A stretch of 64,000 bases of DNA from Oscillospiraceae bacterium (GCA_050944015.1 JBMNQG010000005.1:432-64431); one strand, 5' to 3'; counted from the first letter of the stretch, positions 47,970-57,227 are shown. The notes: a model not told the origin generated them from the letters alone. Program-made: numbers and translations.

Positions 47970-48261
47970 ATTATCACCTCGGTAATAGGATGCCCATAAT
48001 TCCGTTATTAATCCAGAAAATATAAATTTTTTATTATTTTTATATTTTTATCATTTTTGCCTAAAGCAAAAGGAGACGGGAAAACGGCGTTTCCGTTTAC
48101 GTCCGAAACCACCGAGGTACCGTAGGCGGTACCAGAAGAGTCACATCTTACGAAAGTGGCGCCTGCAAGTACTACTATTAAATAGTTTTGTCAAGCCTTT
48201 TTTAAAAATAATTTGACTTTTAAATGGTATTGTGTTTAATATGCTTAAAAGGATGTGTGAA

Positions 48262-48570
48262 ATGAGCAATTTAGGAAATAAAAAAACAATGGCCGAAAAC
48301 ATACGGTATTATTTGGAAAAAACAGGAAAAGACCGTCGGCAATTAGCTGACGATCTCGGTTTCCCATACTCAACTGTTGCTAACTGGATGCAGGGTGTAG
48401 CTTATCCGCGCATCGACAGAATTGAGAAGATGGCAAACTATTTTAATGTTACTAAGGCTGACCTCGTAGAGGAGCGAACCGGGGGGAAGAGCTTATACGA
48501 AAAGATTATGTCTCTGTCTGAGCAAAAGCGCGCGGCGATAGAAAATCTGATTGACCAATTAAGCGATTAA
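48262..48570 (+). CDS. XRE-family (cI/Cro-like) HTH transcriptional regulator
   Basis: ...MAENIRYYLEKTGKDRRQLADDLGFPYSTVANWMQGVAYPRIDRIEKMANYFNV... is a classic HTH_3 fold. The start is ambiguous (48232, 48262 or 48289). Confidence 0.8.
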   Translation: MSNLGNKKTMAENIRYYLEKTGKDRRQLADDLGFPYSTVANWMQGVAYPRIDRIEKMANYFNVTKADLVEERTGGKSLYEKIMSLSEQKRAAIENLIDQLSD

Positions 48571-48772
48571 TTTCTTTAAGTACCTCAGCTTGCTTTTCGA
48601 TTGACATTCGTTTAATTCTTTCGTACAATTCTTCAGCTTTCATCGACCGTTTCTCCTTTTTTAGTTATTTGGCATAATTATACAGCGGAGGCGACAATAT
48701 GGCAATAAAACTAGGCAAAAGAACGGGACAGGCTCGTTTAAGCATCGAAAAGATGGCAGGGTAGAATATCGT

Positions 48773-49906
48773 GTGTATCTCGGTAAAGGCCTCGATGGTA
48801 AACCGCTGCGCCCCAGCTTTTTTGGCACAACCGAAGCGGAAGCTTTGCAGGCTTACAAGGACTGGCTTAAAGACTCCGGCAACGTCCCAATCGAGAGAGT
48901 TTGCACAGTTGGCGAGTGGGCGGTAAAGTGGTTGGAGATATATAAAAAAGGCGAGGTAGCTTACAAGTCATACAAAAACTATGAACTGTATGTAACCAAA
49001 CACATTATTCTAGAAATTGGAGCTTTAAAATTTAGCGACGTAAAGCAGGCACACATCAGGATGTTATATAAAAAGAAACAAAGCCTTTCGGCCTCGGCTC
49101 TAAAACATATCAACATATCGCTTAATGGCATTTTTGAAACGGCTAAGGATAACCACTTATGCACCGAAAACCCTGCGGCAAAAGTGAAGCCGCCTGACAA
49201 GCCGAAGAAAACCCCTGTTTCATTCTCATTGCGTGAAATCGAACTGATATTTAAGTTTGCTCCCTTGCACAAGTCGGGCAATTTAGTTTTGGCATTGCTT
49301 CACACTGCCTTGCGATCCGGGGAGATATGCGCTCTGGTCTGGCCGAACGTAAATGTGGAAGAAAATTATATAGATATTTGCCGCACTGTCGCAGAAGTTG
49401 AAAACCCAAACCCCGAAACTATTGTTGTCGGTGGAAAGGAAAAGCACAGAAAAAAGTACGACATTAAAGAGATCCCTAAAGGCGGCCACACGCGGCTGGT
49501 TGCCCTTACGCCTGACGCAACCGAGTTTTTTAAAAATCTCCCAAACTACAATAAAGGGCTTTACGTTTTCCCATCCCTGTCCGGAAACTTTATGACCCCA
49601 AACCAGTTCCGGGAGCAGTATGAGCAGTTTTTTAAAGCCTTAAATAAATGGCTAGATAATAAGCGCGCAGAATACCTCAAGGCGCACCCGGGCGCACCGC
49701 ATGAAGCGCTAGAACAGTTTGAGCACGTAAGAACACTCTCCCCGCACAAATGCCGCCACACCTACGCCACACACGCAATAAGGCGCGGCATCAATATGCG
49801 AGTTGTTCAGGAGCAACTAGGACACCGGCAAATAACTACCACAGAAATTTATACAAATATTAATATAGACGACCGCAAAAATAATATAGTCAATTTAAAA
49901 TATTAA
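48773..49906 (+). CDS. Tyrosine-type site-specific integrase whose native 5' end is out of frame with its ATG
   Basis: C-terminal catalytic region ...LHTALRSGE...HKCRHTYATHAIRRGINMRVVQEQLGHRQITTTEIYTN. The reading frame continues upstream to 48701 (GNKTRQKNGTGSFKHRKDGRVEYR) without any start codon. Confidence 0.85.
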   Translation: MYLGKGLDGKPLRPSFFGTTEAEALQAYKDWLKDSGNVPIERVCTVGEWAVKWLEIYKKGEVAYKSYKNYELYVTKHIILEIGALKFSDVKQAHIRMLYKKKQSLSASALKHINISLNGIFETAKDNHLCTENPAAKVKPPDKPKKTPVSFSLREIELIFKFAPLHKSGNLVLALLHTALRSGEICALVWPNVNVEENYIDICRTVAEVENPNPETIVVGGKEKHRKKYDIKEIPKGGHTRLVALTPDATEFFKNLPNYNKGLYVFPSLSGNFMTPNQFREQYEQFFKALNKWLDNKRAEYLKAHPGAPHEALEQFEHVRTLSPHKCRHTYATHAIRRGINMRVVQEQLGHRQITTTEIYTNINIDDRKNNIVNLKY

Positions 49907-49912
49907 CATTTT

Positions 49913-49936
49913 GGAGCGCCTTCGGGCGCTTTTTCC
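49913..49936 (+). terminator. Rho-independent terminator of the integrase gene
   Basis: AGCGCC-TTCG-GGCGCT followed by TTTTCC. Confidence 0.75.
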
Positions 49937-49942
49937 TTCTGT

Positions 49943-49968
49943 TTTTGACCCCAATTTTGACCCCAATT
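49943..49968. repeat. Perfect tandem 12-mer (TTTTGACCCCAA x2)
   Basis: 49943-49954 equals 49955-49966. Lies between the integrase terminator and the tRNA 3' end. Confidence 0.8.
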
Positions 49969-50081
49969 ACATTACCTTAGTCTACTTATCTTTAGTTTTT
50001 ATTAATTTATGTGCACACCCCTATAAACGCTGAAAGCCGCATAGACACTGCATTTTTTAGCAATGACTACACGGCTCTACT

Positions 50082-50155
50082 TGGCAGCGGGAGAAGGATT
50101 CGAACCCTCACAAACAGAGTCAGAGTCTGTCGTGCTACCCTTACACAATCCCGCT
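50082..50155 (-). tRNA. tRNA-Gln (anticodon CUG), CCA encoded
   Basis: Hand-folded 74-nt cloverleaf. Acceptor AGCGGGA/TCCCGCT. Anticodon stem ACAGA/TCTGT with loop CT-CTG-AC. T-arm GAGGG-TTCGAAT-CCTTC. Discriminator G, then CCA. Confidence 0.85.
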
Positions 50156-50168
50156 AGACGCAAGATGT

Positions 50169-50198
50169 ATTATAAACATAACAATCCGGTTTTGTCAA
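50169..50198 (-). promoter_or_regulatory. Consensus sigma-A promoter for tRNA-Gln (TTGACA-18 nt-TATAAT)
   Basis: Minus-strand -35 at 50193-50198 and -10 at 50169-50174, just upstream of the tRNA 5' end at 50155. Confidence 0.7.
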
Positions 50199-50288
50199 GG
50201 ATTTTGTGTGCGCCTTTGTAATTTATTTATGCACGATTTTTGCACTGACTTACATCCGCCTGCCGCCGCAAAGATTTGCGTTGAGAAT

Positions 50289-50320
50289 CGAAAAGGGCCG
50301 CACTAAGCCAGTGCAGCCCT
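50289..50320 (-). terminator. Rho-independent terminator after ireB
   Basis: 11-bp stem (one G-U pair on the minus-strand RNA) followed by UUUU. Confidence 0.7.
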
Positions 50321-50339
50321 TATTAAATCAACCTTCCTT

Positions 50340-50588
50340 TTAATCCTTCTTTTCAAGATATTCGATGAGGAGCTCCTGCAAAAGCTCGTCCCGGTCAATC
50401 CTGCAAATAAGGCTGCGGGCGTTATTGTAATTTGTTATATACGTGGGGTCCTCGGACAGGATATAACCCACAAGCTGATTAATTGGGTTATAGCCTTTCA
50501 CCAAGAGAGCTTTATAGACCGACGTAAGAATTTCCTTGATCTCCGTTTTGTTGTCTATGGCAACGAACTTTCTCGTCGAGTCCTCCAT
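50340..50588 (-). CDS. ireB: IreB-family (UPF0297) regulatory phosphoprotein
   Basis: 82 aa, ...[42 protein letters not shown]... Confidence 0.85.
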   Translation of the reverse strand: MEDSTRKFVAIDNKTEIKEILTSVYKALLVKGYNPINQLVGYILSEDPTYITNYNNARSLICRIDRDELLQELLIEYLEKKD

Positions 50589-50700
50589 GACGGTCCCCCC
50601 TTGGATTTACCATAATTTATAAGCACATCATTATTATAGCAATTATTCCTACAATGTAAAGGCGATAAAGATTACTATTCCGTTACATTTTTCAATGAGA

Positions 50701-53079
50701 TTATCTTATTACGGCTCCGTACTCTTTATTCAGTGCCCCAATTATGTCATTTACAGTCTCTTCCGCGTGTTCGTCCGTAAGGGTTTGGTCCTCCGCCCGC
50801 ATGGTAAGGGCAAAAGCCACGGATTTTTTGCCCTCGGGAATGTTGGCACCAACATACACGTCAAAGAAATCGCAGGATTCAAGATATTTTCCGCCGGCTT
50901 TTATAATGCAGGCCTTCAAATCCGCTACGGGAATTTCCGCATCGCACACTATGGCAATATCCCTGGTTACGGCCGGGAAACGAGGCAGGGGCACGTAGGT
51001 GGGCTCAGGCCCGCGGCATGAGAGCAGTTTTTCCACGTCCAGCTCCACGGCGCATACCTCGCGGTCAATTTCAAATTCCTCGCAAACCAGAGGGTGAATC
51101 TGCCCCATGCAGCCAAGAACTACATTGCCGGACCGGATTTCCGCGCAGCGGCCAGGATGATAGGCAGGATTGTCCCGAAGGGCAGTGAAAGAAACGTCAA
51201 CAATTCGCATAGATTTTAGTATTGCCTCCACACAGTCCTTTATGCCGTAGAAATCCGCTCCCTTGCCATAGGCACCCATGGTGAGTATGGTTTTTTCATT
51301 GGCAAGGGGACTGCCCTCCTTAGGCAGGTATACCGTGGCCATCTCATAGAGCCTGACGTCCCTGTTGCGCTTGTTAATATTCACAGCCAGAACGTTCAGC
51401 ATGGAGGGCAGGGATGTGGTGCGCATTACGCTTGTGTCCTCTCCCAGAGGGTTCTGTATGACAAGGGCCTTACGCAGGGGCGAATCCTCAGGCAGGTGGA
51501 TTTTATCCCAATCTGAGGCGCTGCCGAAGGAATATGTCATAATCTCGTTGAAGCCCATGCTGCGGCAGAGCTGTCCCAGCAGCCTTTCGGCGTTCTGCCT
51601 GTCGCTGTAGCCTCCCTGGGCCGTAACGCCCTTGAACATTGTGGGCTCAATGACGTCATAGCCGTAAAACCGGGCGATTTCCTCCGCAATGTCGGCATAA
51701 TGCTCTATATCCGAGCGCCAGGAGGGGATTATAATCATATCCCCGTCCATCTGGAAGCCCAGCTTCGTCAGCACGCCTACCATGAATTCCCGGGAAATGC
51801 TGGTGCCCAGCAGCCTGTTTATCCTGTCAGGCTCCAGAGGCAGGCGCACGCTTTTAGGCTCAACCGCCACAACGTCAATCATGCCCTCCATTACTTCCCC
51901 GGCTCCCAAAAGCTCCACCAGCTCGCAGGCCCTCTGGACTGCCGGCACGGTGTTACTGGGGTCAAGGCCCTTTTCAAAGAGACCGGAGGCATCGGTTCGC
52001 ATGCCAAGGGCTATGCTGGTCTTCCGTATGCTGGTGCCGTCGAAATTGGCGGACTCGAAGACTATGGCGGAGGTCTTCTCCGTAACTTCGCTGTTCTGGC
52101 CGCCCATTACCCCGGCTATGCCCACCGGCTTGGTCTCGTCGGCGATAACCAGCATATCGGTGGTAAGTTTCCGCAGTTTGCCATCCAGGGTTTCGATGGT
52201 CTCCCCTTCTTTTGCCCTGCGAACCACGATTTTGCCACCGCCAACGCAGGAATAATCAAAGGCGTGCATGGGCTGGCCGTATTCCAGCATTACGTAGTTT
52301 GTAATGTCAACGATATTGTTAATGGGCCTAATACCGCATGCCCTGAGTCGCCGGCGCATCCACGCGGGGGAAGGCTGAATCTTTATGTTCTTCACCATGC
52401 GGGCGGTATAGCGGGGGCACAGGTCGGGATCCTTTATTTCAATTTTCAAGTAATCCTCTACGTTGTCGCCGCTGCCCGTCTCGGCGGGGGCGGGGATTTT
52501 TAGTTCGGTTCCAAAGGTCGCGGCGCTTTCCCTGGCCAACCCGATAATACTGAAGCAGTCCGGCCGGTTGTTGGTGATTTCGAAATCCACCACGCTGTCC
52601 CCAAGGCCCAGCACTTTGATAATGTCGTCCCCGGGCTTGCAGGGCTCCTGCATGATGAATATGCCGTCCTCGATGGCATAGGGGTAATCGTGGGTGTCCA
52701 GCCCCAGCTCCTTCAGGGAGCAGAGCATTCCCTGGCTTAATGCGCCGCGAATCTCGCCCGTGGTAATGGTAATGCCTCCGGGAAGGGTGGCTCCGTCCAG
52801 AGCGACCGGCACCATGTCGCCCGCCTTTACGTTCTGGGCACCGGTAACTATGGTGAACTCCTTTTCCCTGCCTGCGTCCACCTTGCATATCCATAGGTGG
52901 TTGCTGTCTTCGTGCCTCACTATGGACGTAACTCGTCCGGCCACTACGCCCTTGATTTCGCTTCGGGTGACCTCTACGCCCTCCACCTTGGAGCCGGTCA
53001 TTGTCATACGCTCGGCATATTCTTTATCTGAAACGTTAATCTGAGTGTAGTCGTTAAGCCATTCTCTTGAAAGTTTCAA
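50701..53079 (-). CDS. pheT: Phenylalanine--tRNA ligase beta subunit
   Basis: 792 aa, MKLSREWLNDYTQI..., with B3/4 and B5 regions. Downstream of pheS. Confidence 0.95.
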   Translation of the reverse strand: MKLSREWLNDYTQINVSDKEYAERMTMTGSKVEGVEVTRSEIKGVVAGRVTSIVRHEDSNHLWICKVDAGREKEFTIVTGAQNVKAGDMVPVALDGATLPGGITITTGEIRGALSQGMLCSLKELGLDTHDYPYAIEDGIFIMQEPCKPGDDIIKVLGLGDSVVDFEITNNRPDCFSIIGLARESAATFGTELKIPAPAETGSGDNVEDYLKIEIKDPDLCPRYTARMVKNIKIQPSPAWMRRRLRACGIRPINNIVDITNYVMLEYGQPMHAFDYSCVGGGKIVVRRAKEGETIETLDGKLRKLTTDMLVIADETKPVGIAGVMGGQNSEVTEKTSAIVFESANFDGTSIRKTSIALGMRTDASGLFEKGLDPSNTVPAVQRACELVELLGAGEVMEGMIDVVAVEPKSVRLPLEPDRINRLLGTSISREFMVGVLTKLGFQMDGDMIIIPSWRSDIEHYADIAEEIARFYGYDVIEPTMFKGVTAQGGYSDRQNAERLLGQLCRSMGFNEIMTYSFGSASDWDKIHLPEDSPLRKALVIQNPLGEDTSVMRTTSLPSMLNVLAVNINKRNRDVRLYEMATVYLPKEGSPLANEKTILTMGAYGKGADFYGIKDCVEAILKSMRIVDVSFTALRDNPAYHPGRCAEIRSGNVVLGCMGQIHPLVCEEFEIDREVCAVELDVEKLLSCRGPEPTYVPLPRFPAVTRDIAIVCDAEIPVADLKACIIKAGGKYLESCDFFDVYVGANIPEGKKSVAFALTMRAEDQTLTDEHAEETVNDIIGALNKEYGAVIR

Positions 53080-53093
53080 CCTTTTACCCTCCC

Positions 53094-54119
53094 TTAAAAC
53101 TGGCTGAGAAAACGGACGTCGTTTTCAAATAACAGGCGCATGTCGCTGATATTAAACCTGCGCATGGCCATGCGTTCCAGGCCTATGCCGAAGGCAAAGC
53201 CGGAATAAACAGTGCTGTCGATTCCGCAGCCTTCCAGCACCTTGGGATGAACCATGCCCGCTCCCAGGAGCTCAATCCAGCCCTCGCCCTTGCACACGCG
53301 GCAGCCGGCGCCTCCGCATTCAAAGCATTGTATGTCCACTTCACAGGAGGGCTCGGTGAAGGGGAAGTGATGGGGGCGGAACCGGGTCTTGGTACCCTCG
53401 CCGTACAGCCGCTGAACCATGATGTTAAGGGTTCCCTTTAGGTCGCCCATGGTGATGCCCTTATCCACCACAAGACCCTCTATCTGATGGAACATGGGGG
53501 AATGGGTGGCGTCCACCTCGTCCTTCCGGTAGACGCGGCCGGGTGATATTATGCGTATGGGCGGCGGGTTCATCTCCATAACCCTGACCTGCACAGGGGA
53601 GGTCTGGGTGCGAAGGCAAACGCTGTCGTCGTCGGTGAAATAGAAGGTGTCCTGCCTGTCCCGGGCGGGGTGCCCCTCCGGAGTGTTGAGCCTGGTGAAG
53701 TTATAGTCCGAGAACTCCACCTCGGGCCCCTCGGCTATCCGGAAGCCCATGCCCACGAAAATCTCTATTGCCTCGTCCAGCACCGTAGTCAGGGGGTGCT
53801 TTTTCCCTATGGGCACGTAGGTTCCCGGAATGGTGACGTCCAAAGTCTCGGCCCTGAGGCGCATCTCCAAAAGCTTCTGGGAGATTATCTCGCGCCGGGA
53901 TTCAAAGGCCTCGTTTAGCTCTTCCCTAATCTGATTGGCCAGTTGGCCTATTACAGGCCGCTCCTCGGCAGGCAGTCTCCCCATCTGTTTGAGGATTGCT
54001 GTCAGCTCTCCCTTTTTGCCAAGATATTTTACCCTGAGGCTTTCAAGAGCCTCGGAGCTGTCTGCCCTGGCTATTGCTTCGCAGGCAGACTTTCGGAGCT
54101 CCTGTAACAACTCTCTCAT
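53094..54119 (-). CDS. pheS: Phenylalanine--tRNA ligase alpha subunit
   Basis: 341 aa with class II motifs (...FRPHHFPFTEPS..., ...GFAFGIGLERMAM...). Confidence 0.95.
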   Translation of the reverse strand: MRELLQELRKSACEAIARADSSEALESLRVKYLGKKGELTAILKQMGRLPAEERPVIGQLANQIREELNEAFESRREIISQKLLEMRLRAETLDVTIPGTYVPIGKKHPLTTVLDEAIEIFVGMGFRIAEGPEVEFSDYNFTRLNTPEGHPARDRQDTFYFTDDDSVCLRTQTSPVQVRVMEMNPPPIRIISPGRVYRKDEVDATHSPMFHQIEGLVVDKGITMGDLKGTLNIMVQRLYGEGTKTRFRPHHFPFTEPSCEVDIQCFECGGAGCRVCKGEGWIELLGAGMVHPKVLEGCGIDSTVYSGFAFGIGLERMAMRRFNISDMRLLFENDVRFLSQF

Positions 54120-54168
54120 ATCGACTCTCTCCTTAACAAGTTATATTAAAATAAGTAATTCTGCCTAA

Positions 54169-54392
54169 TAAAAAAAGCCCGTCGCCCCATACACGGGACG
54201 AAAGGCCTGCCTTCCGCGGTACCACCCAAATTCGGCTACATGCGCCGCACTCTGCCGCCTGTAACGGGGTGGTTGGCCGCCGGGGATTAGCCGGTGCTCA
54301 CGGGCGAACTAAGCAGGGTATCCGAGACGCTCTCAGCCAAGGCGGTCCTCTCTGTGCGGAATAAAGCTGCTATATTCCCGATCATTGCATTT
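54169..54392 (-). promoter_or_regulatory. T-box leader (Phe specifier UUC likely) with terminator, controlling pheST
   Basis: Minus strand shows the ATGA GA-motif, CACAGAGAG AG-bulge and GGCTGAGA distal loop. A TTC lies in the specifier region. T-box sequence TTTGGGTGGTACCGCGG (plus 54214-54227 core). Then a GC stem and U7. Confidence 0.85.
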
Positions 54393-54507
54393 ACAATATA
54401 GTTTGTAACCTTTATAACATAATATCCACTTCTAGGCAATAAGAAATTTGACTAATTTTTTTCGAATGATTATAATATCATTTATCGAATGCGAAAGGAC
54501 AGTACCA

Positions 54508-55047
54508 ATGAAAACATACAAAGACGTTTTTGTGGAGGAGCTGGTTGTAAGGCATAGACCGGCATTCGCGGCCCTCCTGCGAATCGGCGCAGTTTTGGCC
54601 GGCATACTTTTGATTTTGGCATTCTATTATCTGACTGGAATGGTGCTGGGCCCATATGCAAACGCCGTCTTCCCCGCCCTTTTCGCCCTGGTCTGCATAG
54701 GCGTATTTTTGGTTTTCCGTTACATGAGGCTGGAATACGAGTATTCCTTTTACAGCGGAGACGTGGATATTGACAGGATTCTGGGCAAGAGAAAGCGCAC
54801 CAGGCTTATAAGTTTCTCGTGCAGCGACATAGAGCTTATGGCGCCCTACAGCCCGGAACACGACAACGAGCTGAACGGTCAGTTTGACCGCAAGCTGGAT
54901 GTCCGGGGCACGGGCAAGGGAGAACGGGACTGGTTCATTATCTGCAATGGGCAGGACGGCAGCCGGTACATTATAGCCTTCTCCCCCTCCGAAAGGCTGC
55001 TGGACGCTTTTCGCCAGTATGTACGCAGGGGAAAAATGAAGGAATAA
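54508..55047 (+). CDS. Hypothetical two-TM membrane protein
   Basis: ATG at 54508 after GAAAGGA. MKTYKDVFVEELVVRHRPAFAALLRIGAVLAGILLILAFYY... No motif I can assign. Confidence 0.6.
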   Translation: MKTYKDVFVEELVVRHRPAFAALLRIGAVLAGILLILAFYYLTGMVLGPYANAVFPALFALVCIGVFLVFRYMRLEYEYSFYSGDVDIDRILGKRKRTRLISFSCSDIELMAPYSPEHDNELNGQFDRKLDVRGTGKGERDWFIICNGQDGSRYIIAFSPSERLLDAFRQYVRRGKMKE

Positions 55048-55071
55048 GCTTGCAATAAAGGAGCAATTCCT

Positions 55072-56595
55072 ATGAAGCTATCCTATTCTAAACACATGCG
55101 CGACGCCGACAACACCGCTATTTATGTGATGGGGGTGCCCTCCACACTGCTTATGACAAACGCCGCAGGACACGTGGCCAGGGCGGCTGCGGAACTGATA
55201 AACGGGAAAAAAAGCGCCGTTATCTTCTGCGGCAGCGGAAACAACGGCGGCGACGGCATAGCATCCGCCCTGTACCTGATGCGGCGCGGCATATCGGTGC
55301 GGGTATTCCTCGTGGGCTCCCGTGAAAAAATGACCCCAGACACAAAGGAGATGGAGCGCAGGCTTATCGAGCTGGGAGGCGCTCTGGAGGACTTTGACCC
55401 GGAAATGCCGGGCATTGAAAAGCTGCTCCGCGAAACCGGTGTAATTATCGATGCCATGTTCGGCATAGGCTTAAACAAGAACCTCCGGGGAAACGCCCTT
55501 AAAGCGGTGGAGCTTATAAACAATTCGGGCGCCCCCGTGGTCTCCGCCGACATTGCAAGCGGCGTCGAGGCGGATACAGGCCGCATTTTGGGAAACGCAG
55601 TTTGCGCGACCCGCACTGTCACCTTTTCAATGGCTAAGCCCGGCCACTTCGCCGAGCCCGGCTGCACCTGCTGCGGGGAACTTCAGATTGTGGACATAGG
55701 CATCCCCCGTGAGCTTACAGACAGCATAAACTGCGGTGTCCACGCGGTAACGGAGGAAGACGTTTTTCTCCCCCGCCGGCCCAGGATAAGTCACAAGGGC
55801 GATTACGGCAAGCTGCTTATCCTCGGCGGCAGCGTGGGATTTACCGGAGCTCCCAGCCTTTGCGCCAGGGCCGCACTCCGGGCGGGGGCCGGGCTGGTAT
55901 ATTTGGGCGTACCCCGTGATATTTATGAAATAAGCGCCGTAAAGAACGAGGAGGCCATGCCCTTCCCCCTGGCCTGTGACGACCAGGGCCGCCTGACCGG
56001 CAAGGCTCTTTCAGTCATTCTGAGCAAACTGGAGGGCTGCGACGCCTATGTTCTGGGTCCGGGCCTTGGCCGCTCCCAGGAGCTCACCTCCCTGGTCTGC
56101 TCCCTGGTAGCGGAAGGGCACAAGCCCCTGGTTCTGGACGCCGACGGGCTCTTCGCCATTTCAGGCAATATGGAGGTCCTTAAAAAAGTCTCAAAGCCCG
56201 TAATACTTACACCCCACGAAGGTGAATTTGCCCGCATGGGCGGTGAGCTCACCGGTGACAGGATATCCGACGCCAAAAACTTCTCCGCCCGGCATGAATG
56301 CGTCCTGGTTCTGAAAGGCCACCGCACAATCTGCGCCTTCCCGGACGGCGAGGTTTACATAACTACCACCGGGAACCCAGGCATGGCCAAAGGCGGCAGC
56401 GGGGACGTGCTGGCGGGCATTATCGGTGCCCTTATCTGCCAGCTTCCCTTAAAAGAAGCCGTAAACACCGCCGTGTGGCTCCACGGAAGGGCGGGCGACC
56501 TCTGCGCCCAGGAGCTGGGGGAATACTCCATGACTCCTTCCGACCTTCTGGAGGCTTTGCCCCGGGCAATGAAGTCCATTACCCTTCAAAAATAG
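55072..56595 (+). CDS. nnr: Bifunctional NAD(P)H-hydrate epimerase / ADP-dependent dehydratase
   Basis: 507 aa. N-terminal YjeF_N (GSGNNGGDG) and C-terminal carbohydrate-kinase-like domain (GGSGDVLAG). Confidence 0.9.
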   Translation: MKLSYSKHMRDADNTAIYVMGVPSTLLMTNAAGHVARAAAELINGKKSAVIFCGSGNNGGDGIASALYLMRRGISVRVFLVGSREKMTPDTKEMERRLIELGGALEDFDPEMPGIEKLLRETGVIIDAMFGIGLNKNLRGNALKAVELINNSGAPVVSADIASGVEADTGRILGNAVCATRTVTFSMAKPGHFAEPGCTCCGELQIVDIGIPRELTDSINCGVHAVTEEDVFLPRRPRISHKGDYGKLLILGGSVGFTGAPSLCARAALRAGAGLVYLGVPRDIYEISAVKNEEAMPFPLACDDQGRLTGKALSVILSKLEGCDAYVLGPGLGRSQELTSLVCSLVAEGHKPLVLDADGLFAISGNMEVLKKVSKPVILTPHEGEFARMGGELTGDRISDAKNFSARHECVLVLKGHRTICAFPDGEVYITTTGNPGMAKGGSGDVLAGIIGALICQLPLKEAVNTAVWLHGRAGDLCAQELGEYSMTPSDLLEALPRAMKSITLQK

Positions 56596-56635
56596 CAAGG
56601 CAATTCAAAAACTATCATAAGCGAGGTTATAATAA

Positions 56636-57214
56636 ATGAGGCAAATGAAGCGGACGGCTTTATTTGCACTTATGATAGGACTCGTTTTCCTTTGGGGCTG
56701 CTCCTCATCGGCGAACGAGGAAGCATACAAACAGTTTCAATCTGAACTGCGGGCAGCAAGCAGCGTTGAAATGACGGTTGATTTAACCGCCAGTTATGAC
56801 GAGAGAATCCTGGAATACAAGCTGTTTTTCAGGGAAGAGGGAAACAGGGCTACGGTAGAAGTTCTCTCCCCGAAGCTGATACAAGGGGTCAAGGCCCATA
56901 TAACGCCCGGCAAGGACTCGCTAGAATACGACGGCATAGTGCTTGAAACAGTGGAGCTAACAAAAGACGGCCTCACTCCCCTCTCTGCCCTGCCCACCAT
57001 GCTGGAATGCATGAAAAAGGGCTACGTCACGCAGATTTGGAGGGAAAAACAAAACGGCCGGAAAATATTCGCCGTGCAATCCCCCATATCCGACGAGGCA
57101 TACCTTACCATGAGGCTTGCAGAGAACAGCATGACCCCACTTCATTGCGAAGTTACCAATATAGATAAAGTCGTCATTTCCTGCAGCATCAACGGATGGG
57201 CGACAAATAAATAG
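56636..57214 (+). CDS. Lipoprotein occupying the position held by B. subtilis ydcC
   Basis: 192 aa. Lipobox LVFLWGCSS. Sits immediately upstream of alr. Confidence 0.55.
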   Translation: MRQMKRTALFALMIGLVFLWGCSSSANEEAYKQFQSELRAASSVEMTVDLTASYDERILEYKLFFREEGNRATVEVLSPKLIQGVKAHITPGKDSLEYDGIVLETVELTKDGLTPLSALPTMLECMKKGYVTQIWREKQNGRKIFAVQSPISDEAYLTMRLAENSMTPLHCEVTNIDKVVISCSINGWATNK

Positions 57215-57227
57215 AGGTTGACATAAT

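Larger units (their letters stand above)
47980..50081. mobile_element. AT-rich remnant of an integrative element (XRE repressor plus tyrosine integrase) abutting the 3' end of tRNA-Gln
   Basis: Base composition is visibly lower in GC than in the flanking pyr and pheST regions. The integrase lies next to the tRNA 3' end. No second att copy was found in the window. Confidence 0.6.

Noticed and set aside
48506-48643. A 45-codon minus-strand ORF (MKAEELYERIKRMSIEKQAEVLKEINRLIGQSDF...) divergent from the integrase, as a possible Xis-like or small regulator gene
   Set aside because: It has a plausible GGAGAA RBS, but its 3' 65 nt overlap the XRE gene on the opposite strand. It shows no recognisable excisionase motif and is too short to judge without conservation data. 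Worth a tblastn check only.
49990-50240. Similar TAATTTAT..TGCAC strings on both sides of tRNA-Gln as flanking direct repeats
   Set aside because: Only about 13 scattered matching bases occur in AT-rich DNA, which is consistent with chance.
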